In this document: positions 25,946 through 38,216 of the stretch, one piece after another
Position numbering within the stretch: the first letter of the stretch is position 1
Layout of the letters: each line of letters opens with the position of its first letter
NCBI GenBank assembly: GCA_046350615.1
Contig: JAXMAA010000002.1
Span: 149,204-213,203 of the forward strand
Direction of reading: 5' to 3'
Origin: Candidatus Saccharimonadales bacterium
GTDB lineage: Bacteria > Patescibacteriota > Saccharimonadia > Saccharimonadales > UBA7683
Length of the DNA stretch: 64,000 nt
Notes under the pieces: generated by a model
Databases searched by the model: none
What the model was told of the DNA's origin: nothing
The model's input: the letters and a program-made list of their open reading frames with translations, nothing else
Made by a program: the position numbers and the translations under genes

Positions 25946-27241
25946 ATGCTTGATAAAATTAAGAAGTTGAAGAATCTTAAGAACGTTACGGCCAAGTTGC
26001 CGGTGAGCAGCGGCTCGGATCGGTTATTGGTGGGGCTTGATGTCGGAACGGAGTACGTGAAGGCGCTGATTGCCAAGGTTGAAGGCGAGGAGCTGGAGAT
26101 TATTGGTGTTGGCCGGGCGCATCAATCTTTAAGCGATATGCAATCGGGTGCGATCTCTGACATTGCTGGCGTAGTAGGCAACTGCGAGAAGGCGCTGACA
26201 CAGGCGGAGGCTATGGCGGGTGTGAGTGCTCGGCAAGCGATTATTGGTATTGCTGGCGAGCTAGTGAAGGGTCTGACAACAACGGTGAAATATCGCCGGC
26301 CAAATCCAGAAAAGCCACTTGATGGTGCCGAGATTGAACTAATTATAGACCGAGCGCAGGCTCGGACTCTGGAGCGCGCGCAAAAGCAATTAGAGCTGGA
26401 AACTGGCAAAAAAGACGTTGAAGTTAAGTTGGTTAACAGTGCGATTGTTTCTATCCACATCGATACATACAAAGTCAGCAATCCGATTGGTTTTCAGGGT
26501 AAAGAAATTATCATTCAGCTCTATACTGCCTTTGCGCCGATGGTGCATATTGGTGCGCTTGAACGAACGGCGGCCGAGCTTGATCTTGATTTGATGGCAG
26601 TGGCGGCTGAGCCATTTGCGGTTTCAAGATCTGTTATCGGCACAGATGCGGCCAGCAGCTTTACTGCTATTTTAATAGATATTGGCGGTGGCACTACTGA
26701 TATCGCTGTGGTTGATGATGGCGGCGTACAGGGTACGCGCATGTTTGGCATTGGGGGGCGGGCGTTTACTAAATCAATCGCCTCAGAACTCGACCTTGAT
26801 TTTGCAGATGCCGAGAAGATTAAGCTTGAACTTGGCAAAAGCACGGTAGAAACGAGTGCCAAGGCGAAAGCACTCAAGGCGATCGATAAAACACTTAGCG
26901 TGTGGCTAGACGGAGTTGAATTGGCGCTCAGTGAATTCACTAATGTTGACCATCTACCGCATCGTATTTTACTCTGTGGCGGCGGTGCGAGTCTGGATCC
27001 ACTCATTAAAGCTCTTAAAGAACAAAAATGGTATAAAGAACTACCTTTTACCCGCAAGCCGACCATTGAACTCATTGATCCTGATCAAGTGATGGATATT
27101 AACGACGCTACCAATAAAGTAAATGATCACACCCTTATTACAGCGCTCGGTCTTCTTAGGGTGGGGTATGATACTATAATTGGGAGCGAAGGCCGCACAA
27201 ACCGGCTGAAAGAAAAATTTAACAAAATTCTCAGTGTATGA
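25946..27241 (+). CDS. ftsA: cell division protein FtsA (actin-like ATPase)
   Basis: LLVGLDVGTEYVKALI, ILIDIGGGTTDIAVV. Track ORF trimmed to the ATG at 25946, downstream of TATACT 25929-25934. Confidence 0.8.
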   Translation: MLDKIKKLKNLKNVTAKLPVSSGSDRLLVGLDVGTEYVKALIAKVEGEELEIIGVGRAHQSLSDMQSGAISDIAGVVGNCEKALTQAEAMAGVSARQAIIGIAGELVKGLTTTVKYRRPNPEKPLDGAEIELIIDRAQARTLERAQKQLELETGKKDVEVKLVNSAIVSIHIDTYKVSNPIGFQGKEIIIQLYTAFAPMVHIGALERTAAELDLDLMAVAAEPFAVSRSVIGTDAASSFTAILIDIGGGTTDIAVVDDGGVQGTRMFGIGGRAFTKSIASELDLDFADAEKIKLELGKSTVETSAKAKALKAIDKTLSVWLDGVELALSEFTNVDHLPHRILLCGGGASLDPLIKALKEQKWYKELPFTRKPTIELIDPDQVMDINDATNKVNDHTLITALGLLRVGYDTIIGSEGRTNRLKEKFNKILSV

Positions 27242-28918
27242 AAAAAGATGTAATTTATATTGATATCGAAGATGATATCACTGCGGTGATCGATAAGCTC
27301 AAAAACTCAAGCGAGAAGATTGTTGCGCTGGTGCCGCCAAAAGGTAATGCGGTTTTGCAGAGCGTAGTTAATCTGAAGCTACTCAAGCGCGCTGCGAACA
27401 ATGCCGGAAAGCAACCGGTAGTGGTTACAAACAACCAGGCACTTACCGCACTGGCGGGTGGGCTCGATCTGTATGTCGCCAAGAACTTGCAATCTAAGCC
27501 GGTGTTGGCAAGCAGTGTGGTAGAAGAACTTCCGGAGGACGAAGAGGCTGAAGTAAGCGATGACGCCGAGCTGAAAGATGCAGGCACTACAGTGTCGCTT
27601 AGTGATGATACTGATGGCGTGAGTGATTCTGATGAGGTTGAGCTGAGTGGCGATGAGCTGGCAGAGCTCGAGGCTGAAAATCAGGCAGATCAGCCATCTT
27701 CAGGTGTTGCAAAACAGAAGAGCCCGAAAGCAAAAGCTGTTCCTAACTTTGATGCTTTTCGTAAAAAAATATTAATTGGCGGAGGTGTTGCGCTACTGTT
27801 GTTGATTGTGTTGGTAGCAGTGTTTGGCCGGGCAAAATCAACTATTGTGGTTCGAGCCGAAACAACGCCCGTTGATGTGGCAATTGAAGCAAAGTTTAAC
27901 GCTAATTCAACGAGTTCGGATACGCAAACTTATAACCTCAAAGCAGTCTTTCAAGAAAAAAAGCAAACCGTTTCACAAAGCTTTACTCCAACAGGGGAGA
28001 AAGACCTTGGGACAAAAGCAACGGGAACAATGAGGTTCACAAAATGTAGTGTAGATGATCTGCTTTCGGGAACAAATACAACGATACCTGCAGGTACTGG
28101 CGTGAGCTCTAACGGACTTACTTTTATTACGCAGTCCGCTGTTACTGTGGAGCCGAGCAATTACCAAGGCCTTAATAACTGTAAATCGAACAAACCAAGT
28201 TCGGCTGTTCCAGTCGCTGCGCAAGATAATGGAGATAAATTTAACCTCAGCGCCCGTAATTACTCCGTATCAGGCTTCAGCGCAATTTCGGGAAGTGGAT
28301 CACAAATGACTGGTGGCACAAGCCGGATTGTTAAAGTGGTGACTCAGCAGGATATCGACAAGGCACAGGAGGCCTTAAACCAACAAGACACGAATAGCGT
28401 CAAGGAGGAGCTTAAAAAAGCCATGGGCGGGGGCACTACCGTTCTAGAGGATTCATTTAGTGTTGCAATTGCAAATGCAGTAAGCGAACCTGGGCTTGAC
28501 CAACAGGCAAACGATGCTAAATTAACCGCAGAGATAACGTACACACTACTCGGAGTACCCAGCAAAGATATAGGAGAGGCGCTCGACGCTTTTGTGGTGA
28601 CACAGATGAATGACAAAGATCGCCAAAGAGTGTACGATAACGGTCTGAAAAATATGAAACTAGAGAAAGTTGCGAGTGACGCACGGACGGCGACCTATAA
28701 AATTACCTCTGTGGCACAGTATGGTCCAAGTTTGACACTGAAGAACTAAAAAACCAAGTGACGGGCAAAAAGTTTGGTGAAGCACGCTCGTATTTGCAGG
28801 ATTTACCAGGTGTAAAGGGTGTTGATATAAAGCTCTCACCGTTTTGGGCTCGAAAGCTTCCGGGGCTAATCGTATACAGATATCACTGGATGTTGATAAA
28901 AATACGACCGGACAGTAA
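27238..28918 (+). pseudogene. hypothetical membrane protein, C-terminal tail displaced by two homopolymer frameshifts
   Basis: Track ORF ends at 28749, but a protein-like continuation ..KFDTEELKNQVTGKKFGEARSYLQDLPGVKGVDIKLSPFWARKLPG / ANRIQISLDVDKNTTGQ* is readable in the other two frames (shifts at AA 28728-28729 and G4 28862-28865). Confidence 0.6.
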
Positions 28919-28924
28919 CCCCGC

Positions 28925-30408
28925 ATGAGTTCGTATCTTGCTCTTGATATTGGTGAAAAACGGATTGGTGTTGCTCTGGCAGATACTGCCGCGCCCTTCC
29001 AGCTCCACTTACAACACTCGAGGCAGGCCCAGATTTAGCTGCCCAGTTTACGTCATTGCTGCGCCAGCATCAGGTAGTGAGTGTGGCTGTAGGCTTCACC
29101 CGCAATCAGAACGGTCAGCCAACTGCGCAGACTGATCGCGTGCAACAGATTGTGACACTGTTCAACATACCACCCCATATACCAGTGTACTGGCAGGATG
29201 AATCACTCACATCAGTAAAGGCCGAGGATGAGCTTAAAAAGCGCAAAAAGCCATACACCAAGGCGGAGGTCGATAGTTTGGCCGCCACCTTTATACTGGA
29301 GGATTTTATTCGCGAACAAGCTGTAACTACTGCCCAATCTTCAAGCCAAACAACTTTGCCTCAGCAAAAAGCTAAAAACCCTCATAAAAAGAAAGCACCA
29401 AAATCAAAAAAACGGGTGTTCTTGTGGTTGTTTGCAGGAGCAGTGTCTTTTGTGCTAATTAGCATAATTGCAGTAACTTTCTGGTATACACAATCTATTA
29501 AAGCACGTACAGGTGGCGATACTTTTACACTTGTGAACATCCAAAGCGGAAGCGGCACTCGGCAGATTGCATTGCAACTTGAGCAACAAAAAGTGATCAA
29601 AAGTGCTCGAGCGTTTGCTTGGTATGTTCGACTGAATGGAATAGCGAGTCTACAGGCAGGTGAGTATCGACTTTCGAGTAAGCAATCGGTTGCTGATATT
29701 GCAACTACTTTATCTGATGGAAAGGTAACTACGGTGAATGTCTTAATTCCACCCGGTCAAAGACTTGACCAGATCATAAAGATTTTAGAAAAAGAGGGCT
29801 ACAAAGAGGCTGATATTGAAGAGGCGCTTCAAAACGTTCGTGACCACCCATTATTGCGCGGTCTCCCGGCGGGCGCCAAGCTTGAGGGTTATCTTTTCCC
29901 AGAAACGTACAGTATTGAACCAAGCACTACGGCCGAACAGCTCATTCGCACGATGCTTGATACTTTCGAGAAGCGTATTACTACTGAAACGAGGTCGGGC
30001 ATCGCAGCGCAAGGGCTAACTTTACAGCAGGCGATAATTTTGGCATCAATTATTCAGAAAGAGGTGCCAGATGCTGAGGTACAACGAACAGTGGCGCAGG
30101 TATTTCTAAGCCGCCTCAGGCAAGGGATGGTGCTTGGATCTGATGTGACGTATATGTATGCAGCCGCCATGAGTGGTGAGGCTGCGACTCCTGCACTTGA
30201 TTCGCCATATAATACTCGCCGGATACAGGGGTTGCCACCAACTGCTATCAGTAATTTTAACTTCAGTGCATTGCAAGCGGTCGCTAACCCAACGAAAACA
30301 GATTATCTGTACTTTGTTGCTGGCGATGATGGCGTCACTCATTTTTCTCGTACACTGGCAGAGCACGAAGCGCTGGTGCAAAAATACTGCAAAAAGCTCT
30401 GTGGCTAA
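28925..30408 (+). pseudogene. ruvX-mltG: RuvX (YqgF) putative pre-16S nuclease/resolvase fused to MltG (YceG) endolytic transglycosylase; one frameshift near 28990
   Basis: MSSYLALDIGEKRIGVALADTA.. continues after a 1-nt shift as ..RALPAPLTTLEAGPDLAAQF..VGFTRNQNGQPT. No stop before the TM segment and the YceG domain (YRLSSKQS, LEGYLFPETY, ASIIQKE). Confidence 0.75.
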
Positions 30409-30443
30409 TTTTTTCAACAGGGATAAAAACAAGAGCGGATTAC

Positions 30444-30472
30444 TTGACGTACTACATTTCAAGTGATAAAAT
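30444..30472 (+). promoter_or_regulatory. promoter upstream of the LysM-CHAP hydrolase gene
   Basis: TTGACG, 17-nt spacer, TGa-TAAAAT. Confidence 0.5.
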
Positions 30473-30649
30473 TATATCTATCAATCACTTCGTTTCTTTG
30501 TCAAGCTTAGGTTTGCAAAACACGGTGGGAACAAGCGATTGGTCATATGTGAACAGTCGTACGAGATAGAACCCTAAAAAAGATAAACAATTAACTTACA
30601 AGGTCGGAATATCTCTTTTCAGCAATTGCTGAAGCAAGACGCAGTAGCT

Positions 30650-33241
<2,592 letters not shown>

Positions 33242-33835
33242 GTGCAGCGCGAGATCGAAGCAAAATTTTTGCGTCAAAATCATAACGAAGTTCGCCAAAA
33301 ATTGCGTAAGCTCGGTGCTATTTGTAAGCATAAGATGGCGCTTATGCGTCGGACGGTCTTTGATTTTCCTGATCGTAGGCTACAAGCTCGTGGCGCATGG
33401 GTTCGTTTGCGCAAAGAGCTTGATGGTTCGATTGAACTCATGGTCAAGCACGTTGCCTCTGAAAAGTTGGGTCAAACATTTGAACATCCCGTTGTTGTTA
33501 CGGATTATGAGGCCGCAAAGCAATTTTTGCTTTCGCTAGCGTTGGAGGTGAAGGGCGAGCAAGAATCAAAGCGTGAGGTGTGGCGGCTTGGTGAGGCTGA
33601 GATTATGCTTGATGAATGGCCATGGGTGCCGCCTTTTATTGAGATCGAGGCACCGTCGGAAGAAATTGTTAGAAATCTTGCGAAACAACTAGGTTTAAAC
33701 TGGGACAAAGCTAAATTTGGTGGAGTTACCCCTGTTTATATGGCCGAATATGCTATAGGAAAAGAAGAATTTGAATCTGCCGAGCTTTCCATGCAATTCG
33801 AGCAGCCGATACCCGCTATTTTAAAGCGTAATTAG
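33242..33835 (+). CDS. CYTH domain protein (class IV adenylyl cyclase/triphosphatase-like)
   Basis: N-terminal EIEAKF (ExExK) motif. The GTG start abuts the obg stop. Confidence 0.65.
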   Translation: MQREIEAKFLRQNHNEVRQKLRKLGAICKHKMALMRRTVFDFPDRRLQARGAWVRLRKELDGSIELMVKHVASEKLGQTFEHPVVVTDYEAAKQFLLSLALEVKGEQESKREVWRLGEAEIMLDEWPWVPPFIEIEAPSEEIVRNLAKQLGLNWDKAKFGGVTPVYMAEYAIGKEEFESAELSMQFEQPIPAILKRN

Positions 33836-33942
33836 GCTTAGGATGACCACCCAAATTGAGCGTATTTTGTTTGGCAAGATTTGCAAATATATTGTGCTTG
33901 TGCTAATAATGCGAAGTTAGATACTCACCAAATATAAAAACT

Positions 33943-35616
33943 ATGTCCATACTGCAACGAATAAAAATTGTTAAAAATCGTACTAACCAAAAAAGAGACA
34001 ACAAAGGAAGGTTTAGTTCGGGTTCTGGCGGTGTTAGGCTTGCTCAAGGCTTCAGTTGGAGGCGCAACATACCAGTAATTATCGTTGTTGCGCTTGTGGG
34101 CGGTTACTTTGTGTGGAGATCCTCAGCAAGTACCACCCCATATGATCACTCGTTAAGAAGTTGTGTCACAGCTCGCATTGCAACAAATACTTTAACTATG
34201 GACTACGCTATGAGTAACCCGCAATGTGCACTATATTCCAACGAGGCTTTTGTGTACCGATTATACCAAGCTGCGACTGGCAAAAACCCGAGCAAGAGCC
34301 AGTATCTTAGCTTGCTTAAAGTTCATCTGATTTACTCAAAGTCTCCAGAAAAGACGGCGCAAGTTGTTGCCGCTCAAATAACTGATCAAGAAGGTGCAGT
34401 TCCTCCGGGCGCGTATGTTCGCAACGCTTCGATAAATGGTTTGGGTTTTGTTGAAGACAAGAACTGGATTGCTCTTAAGACGCATATGCTCGAGACCGGT
34501 AAAGATACCCAAGGGGATATTTTATATGGTTATGTGCGCCAATCTACCTCGGCAAAATTTTTGGAACAAAATTTCAAGAACTACATGAGAACGTTTACGT
34601 TTTCAGAAGTTGATAAAGCAGTGTACCAAGCTAGTTCGGCTGCCGCTACATTAAAACCTTCTTGTGCGCTTTCGGTTACGCTTAGTGACGGTGTCTATAA
34701 GGCAGCTTGGGCAAGCTCCAGCCTTTCACAAACTGATAGATCGCTTCAAGTGCGACTACAGAATAGTGCCAGAGATGAAACGTATAAACTCTCGGCGTTT
34801 GGCGGTTCGCAGACGGTTAAACCAAAACCCGGCATTAAAAACTCCTATACCTTGAACATTATGCGCACCTCAGAGATTATTGCGAGCTGTAGTACCTTTG
34901 TAACGCCACCTGCTGAAACAGTTTCACCTCGAGGTACGTACACTGAATGGAATTGGACCTCCACGGTTCCTTTAACAACATTACAACACAGTCTTGTTGT
35001 TAATGAGGTGAAGACAGACGCGCCGTATTTTTGGTCACATCAATTTGGCTTTAAGGGTGGTGATGGGGGATATGTTGGACTGCAATCGAACGGTTCTCGA
35101 GTTGATGGTACGGTGGGCAAAACAGCAGTGTTTTCAATATTTAGCTCTGGTATGGAGGCATCGCCAGCGAAAGCATGCAAGATTGAGCAAGAAGGATTTG
35201 ATGGGTATGAAACCTCTGGCACGAGTTGTCGCATAACTTATGATTGGCAGCCAGGTCGTAAGTATGATCTTAAAGTTGCGCTGACGGCAAAAGATAACAC
35301 TGGCAACTGGTGGAGCGGTTCGATCAAGGATACGGTTACAAACCAGCAGACACTGATTGCCAAAATAAAAACACCAGTAAAGTGGACGGCCTTCAAAGAT
35401 TGGTCGGTTATGTGGACAGAATATTTTGGCGGACTTCCTGAGACGTGTGCAGATTTGGCATATTCGTCAGTAAACTTTTATCAGCCGTCAGCCAATGGCG
35501 GCGGCATTCAGCCTTCGGGTACTAAAAATGTACTCTCCACGGGTGATAAATGCAATAATTCAAGCATAGCCCCAACAAACTTTGGTTCTACTCAGAAGAT
35601 GGGCACGCAGCGTTAG
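33943..35616 (+). CDS. membrane-anchored secreted hypothetical protein (C-terminal beta-sandwich, possibly DUF3472-like)
   Basis: N-terminal basic region plus TM. The C-terminal region YFWSHQFGFKGGDGGYVGLQSNG recalls DUF3472, from memory only. Confidence 0.55.
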   Translation: MSILQRIKIVKNRTNQKRDNKGRFSSGSGGVRLAQGFSWRRNIPVIIVVALVGGYFVWRSSASTTPYDHSLRSCVTARIATNTLTMDYAMSNPQCALYSNEAFVYRLYQAATGKNPSKSQYLSLLKVHLIYSKSPEKTAQVVAAQITDQEGAVPPGAYVRNASINGLGFVEDKNWIALKTHMLETGKDTQGDILYGYVRQSTSAKFLEQNFKNYMRTFTFSEVDKAVYQASSAAATLKPSCALSVTLSDGVYKAAWASSSLSQTDRSLQVRLQNSARDETYKLSAFGGSQTVKPKPGIKNSYTLNIMRTSEIIASCSTFVTPPAETVSPRGTYTEWNWTSTVPLTTLQHSLVVNEVKTDAPYFWSHQFGFKGGDGGYVGLQSNGSRVDGTVGKTAVFSIFSSGMEASPAKACKIEQEGFDGYETSGTSCRITYDWQPGRKYDLKVALTAKDNTGNWWSGSIKDTVTNQQTLIAKIKTPVKWTAFKDWSVMWTEYFGGLPETCADLAYSSVNFYQPSANGGGIQPSGTKNVLSTGDKCNNSSIAPTNFGSTQKMGTQR

Positions 35617-35637
35617 GTAATTTGTTACAAGTTAAGC

Positions 35638-35665
35638 TTGAAATATCGAGAGGGAAGAGTAAACT
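35638..35665 (+). promoter_or_regulatory. candidate promoter for the structured element
   Basis: TTGAAA (35638-35643), 16-nt spacer, TAAACT (35660-35665). Confidence 0.35.
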
Positions 35666-35712
35666 AAAATACAAGTTACGTGCGCCACGTCTCGGCTGCA
35701 TATAACGCATGT

Positions 35713-36254
35713 TAACAAACTAAACGAGTATGAGTTGAGCACTCGCTCGTCAGGAGTTCTTGCTAATCTGTTTGCATGGATTATCAAGAACTCCTGACTG
35801 AGCGTGTCCTTGCTCAAGAGCAAGGCCTACTTTCAGCTAGGGGTAGCAATATCCGCAAGATGAGGGAGAGCTCATGAGTTTGTTCTCTGGCACCACCACG
35901 CTGGATTGTGAGCCACACTGGCGCACCGCCGGCGAGCTGGCCGCTACCTCCGGGATGATGACCGGAGGTTCTGAGGCGTAGATCGCGCTCTGCGTTCGAA
36001 GCTTCTTTGCCAGCCAAATATCTGATCACCCTCCCGCCGGGTGGGTGATCACTGCGTCAACAGCGACGCCACAAAATGGCGGAGCAGGAAGTGCTGAAAG
36101 TACGGAGGAGTAATATCTTGCGTTCGGACGTCGTAGTTGGGCTAGTTGTTTCGGCGGGGGCCGAGGCACACCAAAAACACCATCCGTCATCAAGAACCCC
36201 TCTAACCTGAAAGCACCCTGCTCCGCCAAGTGGCGAAACTCGTTTAGTTTGTTA
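35713..36254 (+). ncRNA. candidate large structured ncRNA (or ORF-less MITE), unassigned family
   Basis: A perfect 17-bp pairing of the ends, taacaaactaaacgagt (35713-35729) with actcgtttagtttgtta (36238-36254). GC-rich and hairpin-dense, with a long-range 11+5 bp helix 36078-36095/36212-36227. No credible ORF. Strand is tentative. Confidence 0.5.
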
Positions 36255-36267
36255 CTAAACTCCTATG

Positions 36268-36292
36268 TTACCCGAGAGGGTTATTTTTATTT
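36268..36292 (+). terminator. weak terminator-like hairpin after the structured element
   Basis: accc-GAGA-gggt followed by tatttttattt. Confidence 0.3.
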
Positions 36293-36319
36293 GTCAGCAC
36301 GTTATTTATCCGACATACT
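36291..36319 (+). promoter_or_regulatory. promoter of leaderless sbcB
   Basis: TTGTCA, 17-nt spacer, CATACT, then 7 nt to the ATG at 36327. Confidence 0.5.
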
Positions 36320-36326
36320 AGAGCAC

Positions 36327-37757
36327 ATGGCCTTTTATTTTTACGATCTTGAAACCTCAGGAATTAACGCTCGAGCCCAGCGAATAATGCAATTTGCAGG
36401 ACAGCGAACAGATGAGAACTTTCAATCGCTTGGCGAGCCACAAAATTGGCTAGTGAAACTGAGTGATGAGATCCTGCCAGATCCTGACGCAGTACTCATT
36501 ACGGGCATCACTCCGCAGAAAACACTTGAAGAAGGCTATAGTGAGGCGGAGTTTCTGAAGCTGTTTTATAAAGAGGTTTTACAGCCCGATACCATAATTT
36601 GCGGCTTTAATACTATTCGTTTTGATGATGAATTTATGCGCAATACCTTGTGGCGCAATTTTTACGATCCGTATGAATGGCAGTGGCAAGATGGTCGTTC
36701 ACGTTGGGATCTACTGGATGTTGTTCGCATGGTTCGGGCGCTTCGGCCAGATGGTATTACGTGGCCGGTTGATGAAAAAGGCCAACCAACCAACCGGCTC
36801 GAGTTGCTTACAAAGGCTAATGGCCTAGATCACGAGAATGCTCATGACGCACTGAGTGATGTGCGGGCAACAATTGCGGTGGCGCAGCTACTCAAGCAAA
36901 AGCAGCCAAAGATGTTTGAATATCTTCTTTCTGTGCGAATAAAGAAGACAGTACAAATGCTGCTAAATCTCGATGATCCTCAGCCATTTGTATATACATC
37001 TGGCCGTTTTGCAAACGCATGGCAAAAAACGACAGTAGTTGTGCCATTTGCTGAAGGTGAACACGGCGCGGTGCTTGTTTATGATCTGCGGCAAGATCCC
37101 GATCAGTTGGCCAAGCTTGATGATACTGAGTTGAGTCAAAAAGCATTCCAACGTGATTCAGAAACCGAACTGCTCCCGGTGAAGGCGCTGAAAGATAATA
37201 AATGCCCGGCTGTTGCACCACTTGGCGTGTTCGATACGGCATGTCAGAAGCGTCTGCATCTCAGTATGCAAACAGTTGAGGATAACCTGAAAAAGCTACG
37301 CCGTAATCAAGATCTGGTTGATCGCCTGGGGCAGCTTTTTACGAAACGAACTGAGGAGATGAAGGCAAAATTTCCAGCTCATGCAGATCCAGATTTTCAG
37401 CTGTACGATGGGTTCTTGAATGACGCCGACAAGGGGCGGATGAGCGCAGTACGGGCGGCAGATATGGATAGTTTGGTTGATCTAACGCTTGATTTTACAG
37501 ATGAGCGTCTCTCGCAATTGTTGCCTCGGTACAAAGCTCGCAATTTTCCGCGTAGCTTGACGGCATCTGAAAGGAGTGCGTGGGAAGAGTATCGCCGCAA
37601 ACGCTTGGCTCGTGGGGTCGAGGGCCAACTTTCGTTCGAAAAATTTGCTCAGCGGCTTGCCGAGCTAGTCCAGATTAAGGTTAGTGATGAACACGCTCAA
37701 TTTTTGCTTCAAGAACTCCAGCTATACGCCGAAAGTATCGCGCCAGATGAAAGCTAG
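36327..37757 (+). CDS. sbcB: exodeoxyribonuclease I
   Basis: FYFYDLETSG, FNTIRFDDEF, HDALSDVRAT (DEDDh), about 476 aa. Track ORF trimmed to MAFYFYD. Confidence 0.88.
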   Translation: MAFYFYDLETSGINARAQRIMQFAGQRTDENFQSLGEPQNWLVKLSDEILPDPDAVLITGITPQKTLEEGYSEAEFLKLFYKEVLQPDTIICGFNTIRFDDEFMRNTLWRNFYDPYEWQWQDGRSRWDLLDVVRMVRALRPDGITWPVDEKGQPTNRLELLTKANGLDHENAHDALSDVRATIAVAQLLKQKQPKMFEYLLSVRIKKTVQMLLNLDDPQPFVYTSGRFANAWQKTTVVVPFAEGEHGAVLVYDLRQDPDQLAKLDDTELSQKAFQRDSETELLPVKALKDNKCPAVAPLGVFDTACQKRLHLSMQTVEDNLKKLRRNQDLVDRLGQLFTKRTEEMKAKFPAHADPDFQLYDGFLNDADKGRMSAVRAADMDSLVDLTLDFTDERLSQLLPRYKARNFPRSLTASERSAWEEYRRKRLARGVEGQLSFEKFAQRLAELVQIKVSDEHAQFLLQELQLYAESIAPDES

Positions 37758-37778
37758 AATCTCTCAGAGTGCGAATTT

Positions 37779-38129
37779 TTAGAAAACCGCGCGTGAAGTT
37801 GGTGCGGCAATAACAGATTGACGATTTGGATCAAGTACGAGAGTGCCACCTTCATTTTGTTCTGCAGTCTGCCGCTCGGCGGTGATCTGTCGAGCGGTAT
37901 GCTCCAAGGCTTGCAAACGAAGCTGCTTAATCCATCTGAGCAAAAACCAAAAGGCAACAAGACCGATACCGATAGTTGGCCACATGCCGAGCATAATATT
38001 CGTACCAGGAACTGCACCGGCAATAATAAAGCTTGCAAAAGCATTTAACGGGTCGTTCACCCGACTGAGCGCATATCCGCATGCTACCACTAACACACTG
38101 CCCATCAACAACTTCCTCATGCCTCGCAA
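37779..38129 (-). CDS. hypothetical membrane protein
   Basis: Three hydrophobic segments; the overlapping alternative ORFs were rejected. Confidence 0.5.
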   Translation of the reverse strand: MRGMRKLLMGSVLVVACGYALSRVNDPLNAFASFIIAGAVPGTNIMLGMWPTIGIGLVAFWFLLRWIKQLRLQALEHTARQITAERQTAEQNEGGTLVLDPNRQSVIAAPTSRAVF

Positions 38130-38216
38130 CTCCTTATAACACTATAATAAAAGGTATGGGGATGGCTTGACAACAGCAAAACACAAGATTACGTTGTACT
38201 TTTTCCGACAAGTTTC

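Noticed and set aside
26521-27075. Long antisense ORFs inside real genes: 26521-27075, 23955-24593, 44615-45154, 53129-53695, 55744-56232, 42462-42992 and 15583-16110.
   Set aside because: These are low-complexity S/A/R-rich translations opposite strongly supported genes (ftsA, alaS, rplY, sortase, uvrC, uvrA, lipoprotein). They are shadow ORFs.
33836-33852. cttaggatgacc as a fourth copy of the GTCATCC/GGATGAC element.
   Set aside because: It is only a 10-nt half-match, with no complementary left arm within 150 nt.
35632-36229. Three minus-strand ORFs (35632-35823, 35814-36029, 36026-36229) that could be a frameshifted gene.
   Set aside because: They lie in three different frames. Their translations are P/G/R/A-rich with no motif. 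The region is better explained as GC-rich structured non-coding DNA.
35713-36254. Identification of the structured element as RNase P RNA, or as SRP RNA, 6S RNA or a cobalamin/TPP riboswitch.
   Set aside because: Neither strand has the universal P4 elements (GAGGAAAGUCC and ACAGAA..CCGGCUUA). There are only loose resemblances (GCAGGGUGC, CUGAAAGUACGG). No SRP GGAA/AGCA loop, B12 box or CUGAGA core is present in proper context.
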